From NCBI GenBank assembly GCA_964016885.1, contig OZ024740.1:225184001-225248000 (forward strand): a DNA stretch of 64,000 bases, read 5' to 3'. Below the pieces are notes generated by a model, which was not told the origin of the DNA, did not search any database, and saw only the letters and a program-made list of their open reading frames with translations. The stretch is from Eledone cirrhosa (Eukaryota). Both the position numbers and the translations under genes were made by a program. Shown piece by piece: positions 1 through 13,935 of this stretch (positions within the stretch are counted from its first letter, which is position 1; each line of letters opens with the position of its first letter).

Positions 1-148
1 CTTTTCGGGTTATAGCTACTGTCGCTCAGAGAGTGGGATTGGCTCAGTGTACAGTCTTTCCTCACTTTAAAAAATATCTTCACGCACAGTCATTGCACGA
101 TGAAATTAATTAATAATTATTAACAATGGTATTAATAATTATTAATAA

Positions 149-340
149 AGGCGGTGAATTGGCAGTATCGGTGGAGGGTTGGACGCCATGCTTTCTAGCA
201 TAGTTACGTCCCTTTACAGTCTGAGTTCAAATCCCGCCGAGGTTAACTTTGCCTTTCATCTTTACGGGGTCGATAAAATAAAGTACCAGTAATGTAATAG
301 GTATTTGCTGGCCTTGTGTCTACAGTAGAAACAATTATTA
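149..340 (+). mobile_element. tRNA-derived SINE family A (Nin/Deu-domain-like), nested in an older repeat
   Basis: A-box-like TGGCAGTATCGG, B-box GAGTTCAAATCC, central GCCTTTCATC..GGGGTCGATAAAATAAAGTACCAG, AT-rich tail. The host repeat (1-100, 350-390) recurs uninterrupted at about 27465-27640. Confidence 0.85.
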
Positions 341-1927
341 ATAATGGTATATCATGCAATGGCCATACTCGATAACGAGGGGGCAGCCATCATATATATA
401 TATATATATATTGAGGCCTGTAACCAAGACAATAAACTTAATTCATAATTTTTGCTTTGCTACTCTGAAGAATTTAAAAGTATCAATTAACACCAGACAA
501 TATTATATATTTATCTAATCCACCACCCTATCACTTTTTTCTTCTTCTCTCTCTTTCTTGTTTTATATCTTCCATAAAACAACTTAGTGAATATTGGTGG
601 ACTTAATAGGCAATTGAACACTTGGCTGTTAGGCTGTGCTACTTGAGTCAGTAGAAATGATGACTGTTGATTTACAACTAAAGTATATATACGACTATAA
701 TTTTAATTCAGACATCAATATCTTTGATAGTTCTTCTCTTACTGTGGATTCACATCTCTGAAATAATTTAGTTATATTCGTTTATTTTATAACAAAACCA
801 TTTTGATTTCTTTTCCACATTTTCGTTACTTTTTATTATTTTTATAACATTTTTACTGATATTATTTCAATGTAATTGTGGATATTTTTATTTCAAATTT
901 TATTCTGTAGACGAAAACATTTTTCGATTCATTTATTTTTGGTTTAATTTTCATTTTACTTATTTTTTACCTTTTTCTTTTTCCTGTTTACACCCAGCTG
1001 TATCTTTCCTTTCTTACTCTCCTTTACTGTCCTCCCCCTACACTCCATTATAAAACATCCATTTATATAAATGTTGCTTTTCTTCTAGATCAACTTCCTG
1101 TTTACACTTCCACTCCCCATTTTCCTCCTTCAGTTCTTCCACTTCTTTCTTTTACCCTTGAAGGAAATTTGTTAAACAAGAGAAGATATGGTTTTATTAA
1201 CAAGAAATATTTTTAAATTCCCAAGAAATCATTATTGTTGTTGTTGTTGTTGTTGTTGTTTTTGTTGTTAATTATTTATTTATTTTCTTTCTTTCCTTAT
1301 TTTTTTATTTTGCATTGGAATGTTTCTCCTTTGCAACTTTCCTACTTTCTGTCTTCTCCATCAGAACTTGCTCTGTGAATCATTCCATTGTATATGATCC
1401 ATAAAACACAAACACACACACACACAAACAAAAATTAAGCAATTTCTAAAGATATTGAAACGAAATGAAAACATCTATGAAAGATTGAAAGAAAATGGAA
1501 ACAAGATTAAGAAAAGACGAAACATCTCCATAGATGTAGTGATTTGGAAAGTTTTATTTTCACATTAAATTTCAAAGCTTATATTTCGGTAAAGTTCTGG
1601 TCAAAAGTTATTGGACGTATGTAACAATACTTTCTTTACTTTATGCCCCCATATATATATATGCGGGGGACATAAAGGAAACATAAATATAAAGGAAACA
1701 CAAACGACACTACAATGAAAAGATATATTAGTTTAATGCTTGATATAGTATAAAAAGGCTCTCAATGTTTCGGACACTAGTCCTTCATAAGCAGATAGAA
1801 TGAGAAATTAAAGATTAAATAGAAAAATAAAATATATATATATATATATGTGTGTATGTGTGTGTATATATATATCAATGATATTAAATAAATGGAAACT
1901 ATCTTTATAAAACTATATTTATTCTAT

Positions 1928-2116
1928 TGTGAATTGGCAGTATCGGTAGATGGTTGCACGCCATGCTTTCTAGCATAGTTACGTCCCTTTACAGTCTGAC
2001 TTCAAATCCCACCGAGGTTAACTTTGCCTTTCATCCTTACGGGGTCGATAAAATAAAGTACCAGTAATGTACTGGATAATTTGCTGGCCTTGTGCCTAAA
2101 GTAGAAACATTTATTA
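1928..2116 (+). mobile_element. SINE family A copy inserted in a hammerhead-bearing repeat
   Basis: Near-identical to 149-340. Flanks 1876-1927 and 2117-2200 are contiguous in the copy at 26244-26375. Confidence 0.85.
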
Positions 2117-2172
2117 ATATATATATTTCAAGGGTACCAAAACATTGTTACTCACTCCTCAGATAAAATACA
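2117..2172 (-). ncRNA. Hammerhead ribozyme motif (type I), disrupted by the SINE
   Basis: Minus strand: TATTTTAT-CTGAGGA-stem II-GAAA-TATATA. The 3' strand of stem I is displaced by the SINE. Confidence 0.5.
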
Positions 2173-2262
2173 AAGTTTGTTTTATAAATATTGACATATC
2201 GAGGAAGAAGATCTTAACAGTGCTTCGAATATATATATATATACATATAAATATATATATAT

Positions 2263-2294
<32 letters not shown>

Positions 2295-4888
2295 TTTACG
2301 TCCGCTTTTCTCTGCTTGCAAGGGTGGGACAGGTCTTATTCAGCACAACATCTCTCCACTTGTCACGGCCCTTCGTCATCTCCACCGTGAGCTTCAGCGA
2401 TCTGTTCTCACCACCTCCGCCCATGTTTTTCGTGGTCTACCTCTACCACGTCTTCCTTCAACTGGAAATTTCCTGGCACTTCTTCACCCATCGGTCATCC
2501 TCCATGCGCATCACATGTCCATACCACCTCAGTCTCCTCTCTCGCACACTACATTCTATTCCTCTCAGATTCAATTTCTCTCTCAACACATTCATGCTGG
2601 GTCGTTCACGCACATTGACATTGCACATCCAACGGAGCATGCTTGCCTAATTTCTCTCCAGCCTTCGCATATCCTCTGCAGTTGCTGCCCATGTCTCACA
2701 ACCATGCAGCATCGCGCTCCTCACACAGGCATCATATAACCGGCCTTTCGTCCGCAGGGAGAAATCCTTCTTCGTCAACAGAGGATGCAGCTCCCTAAAC
2801 TTCTTCCAACCCGTTCTTATTCTAGATACTATAGCCTCGGAACAACCCCCTCCCATGCTAATCTGATCTCCTAGATACCGGAAGATTTTCACCACTTCTA
2901 TAGCAGCCGCCTGCATTTGAAAAATGTGTCTATCAATGCGACTTCTACTGTCTAATTTCCCAGTACATCTACTGCATACGTATTTCTCTCTACCTGTTAT
3001 TTTGCCTGCTATCCCACTACATCTCTTGTGCACCCAGGATCTGCATTGTGTACATTTTATAGAATTTATGCCAGTTCCTTTTCTGCATATCGAACATAGC
3101 CATTTCCCTGACGGAATCAGAGTTTTGTCCTCTTTTCTACTCATCAACACTTTTGACTTAGCTAGGTTCACACTCAGTCCTCTTGCTTCCAACTGCTGTT
3201 TCCATAACCAGAATTTATACTCTAGCTCCTCTACTGATTCTACTATAAGAACCAGATCGTCAGCATAGAGAAGTTCCCATGGACAGCCAGTCTTAAACTC
3301 CTCTGTTATAGCTTGGAGGACTATAATGAACAAGAGCGGGCTGGGGACTGAACCTTGATGTACTCCTACTTGTATCTGAAATTCCTCACTAAACTCCATT
3401 CCTACCCTGACTTTACTGACAGCACCTCTGTAAAAAGTTTGCACTGTCCTCACAAGCCATTCCTCAATACCTAGTTTCCTTAGGGACCACCAGATGACAG
3501 ATCGGGGTACCCTATCAAAGGCCTTCTCTAGGTCAACAAAGGCTAAGTATAGTGGCTTATTTTTCTCTAAGAACCTCTCTTAGAATTGTCTCACCAATTT
3601 TCCCAGGCACAAAACCAAACTGCATCTCATCTATTTTGACCCTTTCTCTAATTAGTTGTGCTAATATCCTTTCTGCCACTTTCATAACCTCCTCCATCAG
3701 TTTTATACCCCTATAATTGCTCCTCTCCAGAGCATCCCATTTACCTTTGTAGCAATTTATGAGAATATAGTAGCACCAGTATTTGGGTATGACACCACCA
3801 TATATAGCCTGATTGATGATGCGTGCAACCAGTTTAGTGCCAACAACCCCTGTTGCCTTCAGCATCTCAGCAACTATACCCGACGGTCCAGCAGCCTTAC
3901 CATTTTTGATTTTCTTAATCGCCCCTTGGACCCTATATTCGTCAATCTCAATAGCTGGTCCCTCTGTCGGATCTACTGAGGGTAATTTTTCTCTCTCCCA
4001 TTCGTTCTCCACATTCATCAGTCTCTCATAATGACATTTCCAGGTCTCCTTTTCTGATCATTCGTGAGACTAAGTACACCGGCATCATTCCGGACATATT
4101 TATCTCCAACAACATCCTGATTTGCATTGACACACTGCCTTGCAATGTGGAACACCACACGCCTCTGATATTCCCGTCGCAGAACATTGGCAAACCTACT
4201 CTCAGCCTCCCTACGTGCTAAGTACACCTGACGTCTAACTTCTCTCTTAGTGGCTGTATATCCTTCTCTACACCCACTCTTTTCCCAAGTCTTCCATGCT
4301 AGTCTTTTGTCTCTCATGGCCTTATCTACTGTGCTGTTCCAGCACCAGGTCACTCTCTGTCTGGTAGGAGCAGAGCTCTAGCCACAGGTTTCATCAGTAG
4401 CCTGCCGTAAGTTGTCACGTAAGAAATTCCAGTTATTATCTATGTCATACGTCTCTAAATCGTCTTCTTTTTTATCATACACATCTTGAACGGCTTTCCT
4501 AAATTTGTAGTTTATTGAAAGGTCTTTTAGCTTCCAAACCTTTTTTTCTCCACACTTTCCTGTATGTCTCATTCCATCTCTTGCTTACTAAGATATTACT
4601 ACAGTCTAACCTATGCTGTGGGTACATTCTTCCCCAGGGTATGCCTTGGTATTTGACACCATCTGCCTGTCCCGCTGCCTAACTAGTAAGAAGTCAATCT
4701 GGCTTATGTGCTCGCCTGATTTGAAGGTTATTAGGTGGTTGGCAGGTTTCTGGAAGTTAGTTTTGCAAATAGTCAGTGTACTTGCATCACAAAATTAAAG
4801 AAGTCTCACTCCTTCTTCATTTCTTGAGCCGTAACCGTGCCCACCATGTACCATATGTAACCATCCTGGAGCTGTCCAACATGACCAT
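2263..4888 (-). mobile_element. RTE-clade LINE family 1, decayed (APE C-terminal part, RT, PHD finger, (ATG)n tail)
   Basis: ORF pieces with GKAAGPSG, NYRGIKL, QFGFVPG, GVHQGS, LLYADD, MLHGCETW. (CAT)n tail at 2263-2294. Stops and frameshifts. 5' part cut off at the Penelope element. Confidence 0.95.
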
Positions 4889-5209
4889 TATATACACATG
4901 TAAATATATATATATAAACATGAAGGATATATAAACACGAAGTACACATATACACACACCCTACATACGTACGAACCCGCATACTCACACAGACGCGAAA
5001 CTCACGTATACACATAACCAAAACACATGTACCAGAATATATCAAATATACGTCATAACATATACAATCAAATATACGTACGAGAAAGTATACGTACCTT
5101 CACAAAACATACAGGTAATATATACTTACCTATGCAAATAAGTAATGGTATAAACATAACATATACTTAGCTACCACATCAAGACGTAAAATATCTGCGT
5201 ATAGTCATA

Positions 5210-7237
5210 CTATCCGTTAGGGTATAATGTGGGGCTGTAATACAGGAACGTTTTGTGCAAGTTATGTTTACAAGCCGAAATTGCCTCAGATTTTTTGTTT
5301 AAGATGTGGCCTGTGGCGTAGAGTATTTTCAGGGCCTCCGCGGAGCAGAGGTCACATGGTCTTTTATTTCCGTTATACGATCTAGCCCTAGCTAGGATCT
5401 CCCAGTGTAACTTATATTGGGTGTGGTTGTCTTTTAGACTCCAGATATAAGCTGAAAGTGACGTCATATTCCGTCTTAGAGGATAACGATAAGAATGGGT
5501 ATGCATGTAAAGACGCTGCTTGAATCTATTGGCGGTTAACCCTATGTAGGCCTTACGGGACGTGGGTCTTTCAACCTTACATTTGTAGACAATGTTACTA
5601 GAGAGGCATTTCCCGGATAGGGGGCAATCAACCCGATTCCTACAATTACAGTTAGTACTAACTACAGGGTTGCACGTGTTCCTACGGCTAGGTAGTTTAG
5701 CTAAATTTGAAGCTGTGATGTTATGTGCAAGGTTAGGAGTCGTAGAGTAAGACATTTTAATAGTATTTCTATTAAAAAATGTTACTATATTTATGTGTAG
5801 GGGGAAAATGCTCCGTAATAAGGGATAGAAAGATCTTAGCTAATGGTGTGGCCACCTCCATATTATATGGTGGGTTATACCATATAATGCGTCGGGATCT
5901 ATTTCTTCTAGGTCTATTCTCGTACTCTGTATATGCTACCTTATCGACAAATCCACTCCGAGCAAGAGCTTCATTGTAATATGTGGAATGGTCGTTGAAA
6001 ATATACTCGTTAGTAGATAGACGGGAAAGCCTCAAAGAAACGTTTCTTACCAGGTTCTCTGGTTATGCTGGCAGGATGGTTAGAATGCTTACTTATGTAA
6101 TTAAGCGTATAATTCGGCTTTCTATACAGGTAATACAAGCCATTCGAAAAGTTCAGGGTAACGTCGAGGTAATTAACGACCGAGAGGTTGGCCTCAACCT
6201 GTATAGAGAGGTTGAAGCCTTTAAATAAGGCCGTAAGTTCTTTTCTGAACCTGTTGCGAGCACGTGGGCCGCACTTAGTCATGGTCAAAAGACCATCATC
6301 ACGGTACACACCACCGCCCACGTTGGGGAATTCGTCCTTGATAGAGAAAAGAAGGAAAAGGCCGATAAGATCAGTAACCTCCGCAGAATTGCTGGCGCTC
6401 ATACTCATGTCGAATGGGGTACTATTGGATTGTTTAATCCAAATAGAGTCGTCGAAATTAATCACCCGCTTACGGGCATTGAGGATGACATCAACTTCGA
6501 AATCCTTAACCACTGTGAGTGTTTTAGCGAAATTGATAGCTCTAAAGAAAAGTGGTAAAGTGATGGAGGAGTAGTAATTATTGATGTCGAATTGGATAAA
6601 ACGGCAATGTTCCTTGTTGCATATGCCGTTGAACCAATCAATCATCGCGAAAGAATTGTTCCACAGTGCAAGAGGGGCCAAACTTCTAATTTCAGGTATA
6701 ATTCTATCAAGAATCCTTTTTATTAAGTCTACCTAGATCGGGCTTCGCAGGGTTAATAAGCCTAATAGAGGGGTTGTTCGGAAAATTGGATTTGTGATCC
6801 TTCAGGGTAAAGTGGGGAGAAATACAGTCCAGAGGTTCAGTCCGGTCCAGGATGTTGAGATCAGAGGTGATTTTAAACCCAGCATCGTTGATTTCATTAA
6901 TGACGCACCGATTAGTTTTACCGTAATCATGAGTTACAGCATTATGTAGTAGTTGATGGTAAGTGCTGCGCTCCACTTGATATAGGTTGCCAGTTTTGTC
7001 GGAATGGACGTGCACGGCAATAGAATCCTTAATAGAACGAATTCTATTCTTCAGGTCCTGCTGGAAGGAATTGCTCCCATTCCGAAATTTGATACTTCGT
7101 ATGAGTTCCAAGACATCATTTTCGAAGGGTAGCAATGCTGGGTTACACAGAGGGTTATTATAGGTTTTAAACCCAAATTTATCCTGTTTGTTGTCTGCTT
7201 TTCGCTGTTTATCGAAATAAAAGGTACGCCAACGCAT
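5210..7237 (-). pseudogene. Penelope RT + GIY-YIG endonuclease ORF broken by 3 frameshifts
   Basis: MRWR..SDKTGN, QFDINNYYSSI, YRDD, YLDVT, linker CNCRNRVDC (CxCx5C), NIVYKC..AYIG..RF, C-x2-C..E..LNK. Confidence 0.93.
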
Positions 7238-7490
7238 CCTTTTAATGAACGCGTCATTTTTCTGTATCAGTAGTTTTAGGTATGTTTTCCTGCTTGGTAC
7301 GGATATGTTCCTTGTAAAAATATTCAGATGTTGTTTCTGCCTGATGAATATAAGTCAATAGAGTGCTCAACCGAGGGAGCCAAATAGTAATAATAATAAA
7401 TTTGAAGACTAAAATCCAAAGAGGGCCCGATAAGGATATATCAAATATATAAGAACCGTAGAGCAAATATTTATTAAAATAACAGATTAA

Positions 7491-7540
7491 AGTTTAAGCA
7501 AAGAATCGCTGCTTTCACCCTTAACGGGATCTTCTGAAAC
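7491..7540 (-). ncRNA. Hammerhead-like motif with variant core CAGAAGA, upstream of the Penelope ORF
   Basis: GTTT-CAGAAGA-T CCC gttaa GGG T-GAAA-GCA..TGC-TT-AAAC, on the same strand as the ORF. Confidence 0.6.
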
Positions 7541-8504
7541 AAAGAAAGTCAATCTGTGAACGCAGAAGCGAATATTTCAAAAAACCTTGCAACCGGAGGA
7601 AGACAGGAAGACGAAACTTTGGTTTGTGGAAACGTTCCCTGGCAAAGAACGGGAAAAAACGAATATAATACGTCATTATTTGGAGCGGTGAAAAACAATT
7701 GCACGCAAAGACAAAACCACGTTTATGGTATAAAGAAGTCGTAGACTAATATTCTCTTAGGTGGTTCATAGAGCCGTTCTCTGGGAATGAACGAAAAAAA
7801 CGAAGATAATACGTCATATGTGGAGCGTGGAGAACAATTGCACGCAAAGACAAACCACGTAAATGGTATAACTGAAGTCGTAGACTAAAATTCTAACTAG
7901 GAAACCGAATGATTCTCGGCTTCAGAGTTAAGAATAAAGTAAATAAAATACAGAGGTAATAGAAATTAAATAAATACATACACAAGCATACGCGAAAACA
8001 CTCGCCATAGGTATACAAATACACACACATATAAATATGTGTGTGTGTGTCTGTGCGTGTATACAAATAATTAAATAAACGTATATAAATAGATAAATAC
8101 GTATATAACAAGCGCACACACATACCTACATGTAAATACACTTATGGTCGCAGACGTACGTCAACCAAAACTCGAAGTACACATATACATACACCCTACA
8201 TACGTACCAACCCGCATACTCACACAGACGCAAAACTCACGTATACACATAACCAAAAGCATATGTACCAGAATAGAATTTTAGTCTACGACTTCAGTTA
8301 ATATGATCAACTATGTTTTTTGAAGTTGTAATCCACATGGCTGTAGTCTAATGACTGAAAGCAGTGAAAGAGTGTGAATACAAATCATATTTTCTCTTTA
8401 GATAGTAAAATGAACAATTACATATTATGAGGTTCTGTTATTTTCCCCATTATATTTTGTAGGTATAGATATATGATTTAATCATATTTTTTACACACAC
8501 ATAC

Positions 8505-8540
<36 letters not shown>

Positions 8541-9091
8541 ATATAAAAATTAATGTGAGCAAGAAGCCAACAGTATTCCATAACATATAAGTGACTATAA
8601 CGTCAAAATGGAAAATAATTAACGTAAGATATGGGAAAATAATTCAAACTCAATTAAAAAAAATCAAGACGGAGATTTTATCGACAGATTTTGTGAAATC
8701 CAGGGAAAAAACTCGGAATAAAATAAAGTTTAAATACTCATCCTTCAATTTGGAAAACTACAAATGCTCTATATAGTCTTAAAAATACTATTTCACGAAA
8801 CTTTTCAGTGGGATTAGTTACGGTTGGAATCGTTCATCAGTAGAGCTCAACGCGATAACCAAACAACCACTGCCAGAATATGCCAAACAGGGAATTTAAA
8901 AGCAGGCTAGTTCACCTCGTGCGGAATTATGAAAATAAACACACATGGAGAGACATTCCGAAAAAACTCTACAAATTGTAAGGAGTTCAACAAAATAGCA
9001 ATATTATTGCGGTTATTGTTTTAAAAAAAAAGACCGGCATTAGTCACAAATAATTTTAAGCACCCTAGGAAAAATTCCGAGTATAAATATA

Positions 9092-9335
<244 letters not shown>

Positions 9336-10669
9336 GAAAAGGGAGGTAACTATAAATAAAACTGAGGTAGGCAACATGTTACACAGGGAGTATTTGAAAT
9401 GTCGAAGAAATTAACTTCAATTAATCAGGTTTAAACTATCTTTTCAGAACAGATTTTTCTTCATGAGAACAGCAATCGAAGCAGTTGACGTGCGTATTTA
9501 TAATGAATTCATAATGTATGTAAGCAAGAGTCCCACAGGCGATGCTGTCCACTTTTTCCATCTCAATGAACGTCTTCTTCTGGGTATATAGTTGTCATAT
9601 AGTTACATCCCTTTATATTCTGAGTTCAAATTCCACCGAGTTTGGCTTTGCCTTTCATCCTTACGGGGTCGATAAAATAAAGTACCAGTAATGCACTGGT
9701 TAATTGCTGGACCTGTGCCAAAAGTAGAAACAATTATTATTACGTGCACACCCACACAAGCACATCTGTGCATTATATATGTTCATGAAGATGATATATA
9801 GAGATAGATAGATAGGCAAAACACACACAGCACAATATTTGAAGCTATAATTCCTATTTTTATTGGATTTCTGTTTTCGTACGTTACATTAGGCACTTGT
9901 TTGTATTAAAAATTCCATTTCAATGACACTTTTTATTTGCTTTTAATATATCAACGAACTACTGCCTGTTGATTATGTTAACTTTCAGGATTTAGAAAAA
10001 GCAATTACCTTCAAATAATTTTTTTATAATTCTACTTTACCTTTATTTATGCACCTGTCAATATATGCTCCATGAAATATGAAATCTTCCATAAAGAAAT
10101 ATATTAAAATATTCCTAAAAAATAATCTTTGATAAAATTATTCTTTGATAAACAATTGGAAATATTTGAACACTTATTAATATTTAGTGATTTTTACTTT
10201 TTGGTACAAGGTCTCACATATTTTTAGGAGTGTTTCTTCTTCATAACATACTATCTTCAGAGTATCTCTTGTCTCACAATTACACAGTACCATATTTGAG
10301 CAGCCATTTATTATGTGTGTAGGTAATAGAACAAATGTGGTAAATCACTTTTTCTTTTCATGTCTGTACAGGATGTAGAATTTGAACTCGTAATGCTGGA
10401 ACAAAGAACTGGAAGAGATACTGCAAAGCACCTCGTTCTATGCTCTAACAATTCTGCCAATCCACTCAGCGAGAGTAGTACTTTATTGACCCCTATAAGA
10501 CGAATGACAATGTTTACTTCTGTGAGAATTGAACTCAAAGTGCAGAGAATTGAGACAAATGTCACAAAACACATTTGATGCTTTAACAACTTTACTAATT
10601 CATTACATTAGAGGTTAGTAGTTGACTTGGTTTAATCAATTATACCCCCATCTCCACAAATTTAAGACG

Positions 10670-11284
10670 ATGACACAGGACTGCAACCTCTGGCACTATG
10701 CCATACTACAAAAGACACACCATCCCATATTCTTCAGCTGAGGCATAAATCTAATAGGCAACACCACCATCTCCCTTCCCTTAAACCTACCTTTGCTGTA
10801 ACCATCCCTCCCCTATTCCCGATGTCCTCAATCTCCCTAAGTTTCTCTCCTTCACCCTCCCTAGTTCCCATCCCACACCATGAAGTAGAACCCCCCCCCC
10901 ACTGGAGCTATGACAAAGGTACCCAGCCCTCATTGTATAGTGGTCATGTATGTGTCAAGACAAAAGAACCCAGTCAATACTGTAATGTGGTCATGTAGGA
11001 GTCATGACAAAAAGTGCCCATCCATATTGTAAAGTGGTCATGTCAACGACACAACAAAAAGTGCCCAGTCCATGCTGTAAATTGGTCGTGTAGGTGACAT
11101 GACAAAAATACCCTAGTACACACTGTAAATGTTGTTGGTATTAGGAAGGGCATACAGCTGTAGAAACCAAGCCAAAATCAGCCCCGGATGAGTGAAACAT
11201 GGCCCTCTGACCTGATTCTCTCCTAAGGGGTCAGCCCATTCTACCGATGCTAGCATGGAAAATGCATGTTAAATGATGATGATG
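10670..11284 (+). mobile_element. Degenerate RTE 3' end with five ~47-bp tandem units
   Basis: Units start near 10912, 10958, 11006, 11053 and 11101, followed by AGGAAGGGCAT..GTAGAAA and a (TGA)n tail. Confidence 0.7.
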
Positions 11285-12626
11285 TTTAGCAGAAATACTA
11301 TAATGTCAGACATTTAGTTACAGCTTTTCACAGTTCTAAATTCACATCCCACTGAGACCAAATTTGTCTGTCCTGCAGCTAGGTTCGATAAAATAAAATA
11401 CCAGTTAAATACTGTGGTTTCATTTAATTGAATAACCATTTCTGTCAAATTTCTGTTTTTGTAGAAATTACCAAGAGCAGTGGATTAGCAGAACTGGAAT
11501 TGAAATATTAGTTTTAGTTCTTTGAGTCCTGAGTTAAAATCCTCTCTAGTTCAACTCTTTTTTTCATCCTACTTTAATCAATAAACTAGAAAATCAATCA
11601 GGTAGTAGGACTGATATAATTGATAGCAAAATTTGTGGCCTTGAGCCTTTATTAGAAATGATTATTTTTATTGACTGTTGCCAAGGCAAGGTGTACCAAG
11701 TGAAACTCTTGCAAATTAATTACTTACATAGGATTTAAGTAGCTTTTTATTGTTTCAGTACATTAGTAATGTATTTAGTAAAGAAACAGCAACATTTTCT
11801 CCCTCTTGGTAATTTCCTCTCATGGGTAATATATTTGAACTTTAATTGTCACTTGTTGACAAGGCAAGTAAAAGCTACAAAAGTATTAATAGAAGTAGAT
11901 TCCTAAAGTGTGAGTGGCAATCCTCATGTATAGAAAGATGGCAAGACAGAAAAAAACTGGAAATAAAAGCAACCGCCAAAATCAAAAAGACTGGTGATAA
12001 CAAGAACATTAAGAAAAAATAACAATATCAAGAGAAACAACAATATTAACAGCAACAATAAAAACAATACTAATAACTTCAAAGAAAGTTACAGAATCAT
12101 TCATGAAGAAATAATAAAGAAAGCAAGAGCTTTTGTTTCTCAGCTAGATATCATTTTATTGCCAAAGGAGGAGGTGGACCATATACATCAGTGCATAGCC
12201 GCTTTTGTGATAATTTTTTTTTGAAATCCATAATAGTGGAAACATCTACAATTCTGGACCACTGAACCTCCTTCCTTACTTACATTGATAACAATGGAGA
12301 TGGCCATCTGCAAGATTGAACCCCTTAAACTTGACTGACACTTTCAGAATATCTTCTTTGCTATCCTCAAGGGTACTGCACTTGCTATTTCTTCCATCAA
12401 AACCATAACATATTTGCTTGACAAAAATCTTTTTGCATGATAACATTTCCTATATTAAGAGATCTGATCAAAACTGTCCAGAATCAGACATAACCTTAAT
12501 CTAATCATATAATCTAGCTTTATGTCATTCACAAGATAATTTAAACATTTTACTCAGAAAAAGAAGGGGATTTCAACATTGGACTATTCATTTTATGTTT
12601 GATGCTATAGTTTGTGTAACTATATA

Positions 12627-12824
12627 TGAGGGTCAGATGAAATGTTTCCAAGCTGACCAAGATACTCTCATGGAACGACCAAATGAGTTTTATTTTTCAA
12701 TATAGACTCCAGAAAGAAACAATGCAATTATTAAAAAGAAGAGGTGAAATTAATGCATGCAAGATTTTACAGCCTTGGCATCACTCCTTCGTAGACAGCC
12801 TATGAACTTTTCAGTTAACCCTCA
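12627..12824. mobile_element. Mariner-type MITE
   Basis: Imperfect TIRs TGAGGGTCAGATGAAA / TTTTCAGTTAACCCTCA, flanked by TA. Confidence 0.7.
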
Positions 12825-13103
12825 TATAGGTAGAAGGATCTACCAAAATAATTCTTAATCTTTAGTTCAGGTAGATAAATGCTGGCAGGATATAGAAAGG
12901 GGCACTTGTGCCTTCCCAGAAAAAAGTATTTTGCAAGGAATAATTTGCAAAAAGCGAGAACAATACCAAAAATATATTTGACTCAACTTCAAAGTCTCTT
13001 CCCAGTAAAATTAGGGCCCATAATAATAGTTACAGTACATAACAAGTAATTGAATACTAATTAATCATATCAACTTCAACATAAGTACATTATTTTATCA
13101 ATA

Positions 13104-13297
13104 GGGTGGTGGATTGGCAGTATCGGTAGAGAGTCGGACACCATGCTTTGAAGCATAGAGTTACGTCCCTTTATGATCCGAGTTCAAATGCCGCCGAGGT
13201 TAACTTTGCCTTTCATCCTTACGGGGTCGATAAAATAAAGTACCAGTAATGTACTGGGTAATCGCTGGCCTTGTGCCTAAAATAGAAACAATTATTT
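13104..13297 (+). mobile_element. SINE family A
   Basis: Full copy. ATTATTTTATCAATAG occurs on both sides (TSD). Confidence 0.88.
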
Positions 13298-13706
13298 TAT
13301 CAATAGCATATTTGATTGATAATTCATTTTATCAACACAAGTTCTTGATTGGTAATTTATTTTAAAGACTCCAGTACTTGACAAACATATAATATTATCA
13401 CACCCATGAAGACCTGAGTGAACATATGAGGTTTTCATAGTTTATGGAATTATAACCAACTGAAGATTGAAAGTGTGACTATTGGACAGTAACTAATATA
13501 ACATGGAAATGGCATCATAGTAAAAGAGGCTGAAGAACTGTGAAAACATGAAGACCTGAACAACATGTAGCAAGAACATGGAATATCATCATAAGAATAG
13601 TCCTAATCATTATAAGAAACCTGGATATTACAAAAAAGGATTTGGTGGGGAGAACTCGAACACTTACCAGGAAAATCTTGTGTAAGTGAAGTTCAGAAGA
13701 CAGTGT

Positions 13707-13935
13707 TTAACCCTTTAGCATTTACATTACTCTATATTTACTATTATATTTTCACGGTAAAATCTTTACCTCACATAATTATCTCACATAATATCGAATC
13801 TACGAGATTTTGATGTTATTTATTTTGAGAACAATACCTTAACATCAGTATGAGTGGTCAGATACAGCTGGTTTGAACAGAAAGAGGTGAGAGAATTCTG
13901 TCTGAATATGGCCAGTTTAAATGCTAAAATTTTAA
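13707..13935. mobile_element. piggyBac-like MITE
   Basis: TTAA-CCCTTTAGCATTTA ... TAAATGCTAAA(att)-TTAA. Confidence 0.6.

Larger units (their letters stand above)
4890..8300 (-). mobile_element. Near full-length Penelope-like element (Naiad-like), frameshifted
   Basis: About 110-bp direct repeat 4933-5038 / 8170-8276 (pseudo-LTR). Short inverted segment 8277-8300 vs 7870-7892. About 135-bp tandem duplication in 7650-7895. Coding region listed next. Confidence 0.92.

Noticed and set aside
1760-1797. Hammerhead-like CTTATGA-AGGAC tagt GTCC-GAAA (minus strand)
   Set aside because: The core is mutated and there is no UH site or stem I. At best a dead remnant
8347-8372. CTAATGA-CTGAAAGCAGT-GAAA motif
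   Set aside because: No stems I or III. More likely a SINE tail fragment
10905-11150. Regularly spaced repeats resembling a CRISPR array
   Set aside because: They are tandem units without unique spacers inside a LINE 3' UTR, in eukaryotic DNA with no cas genes
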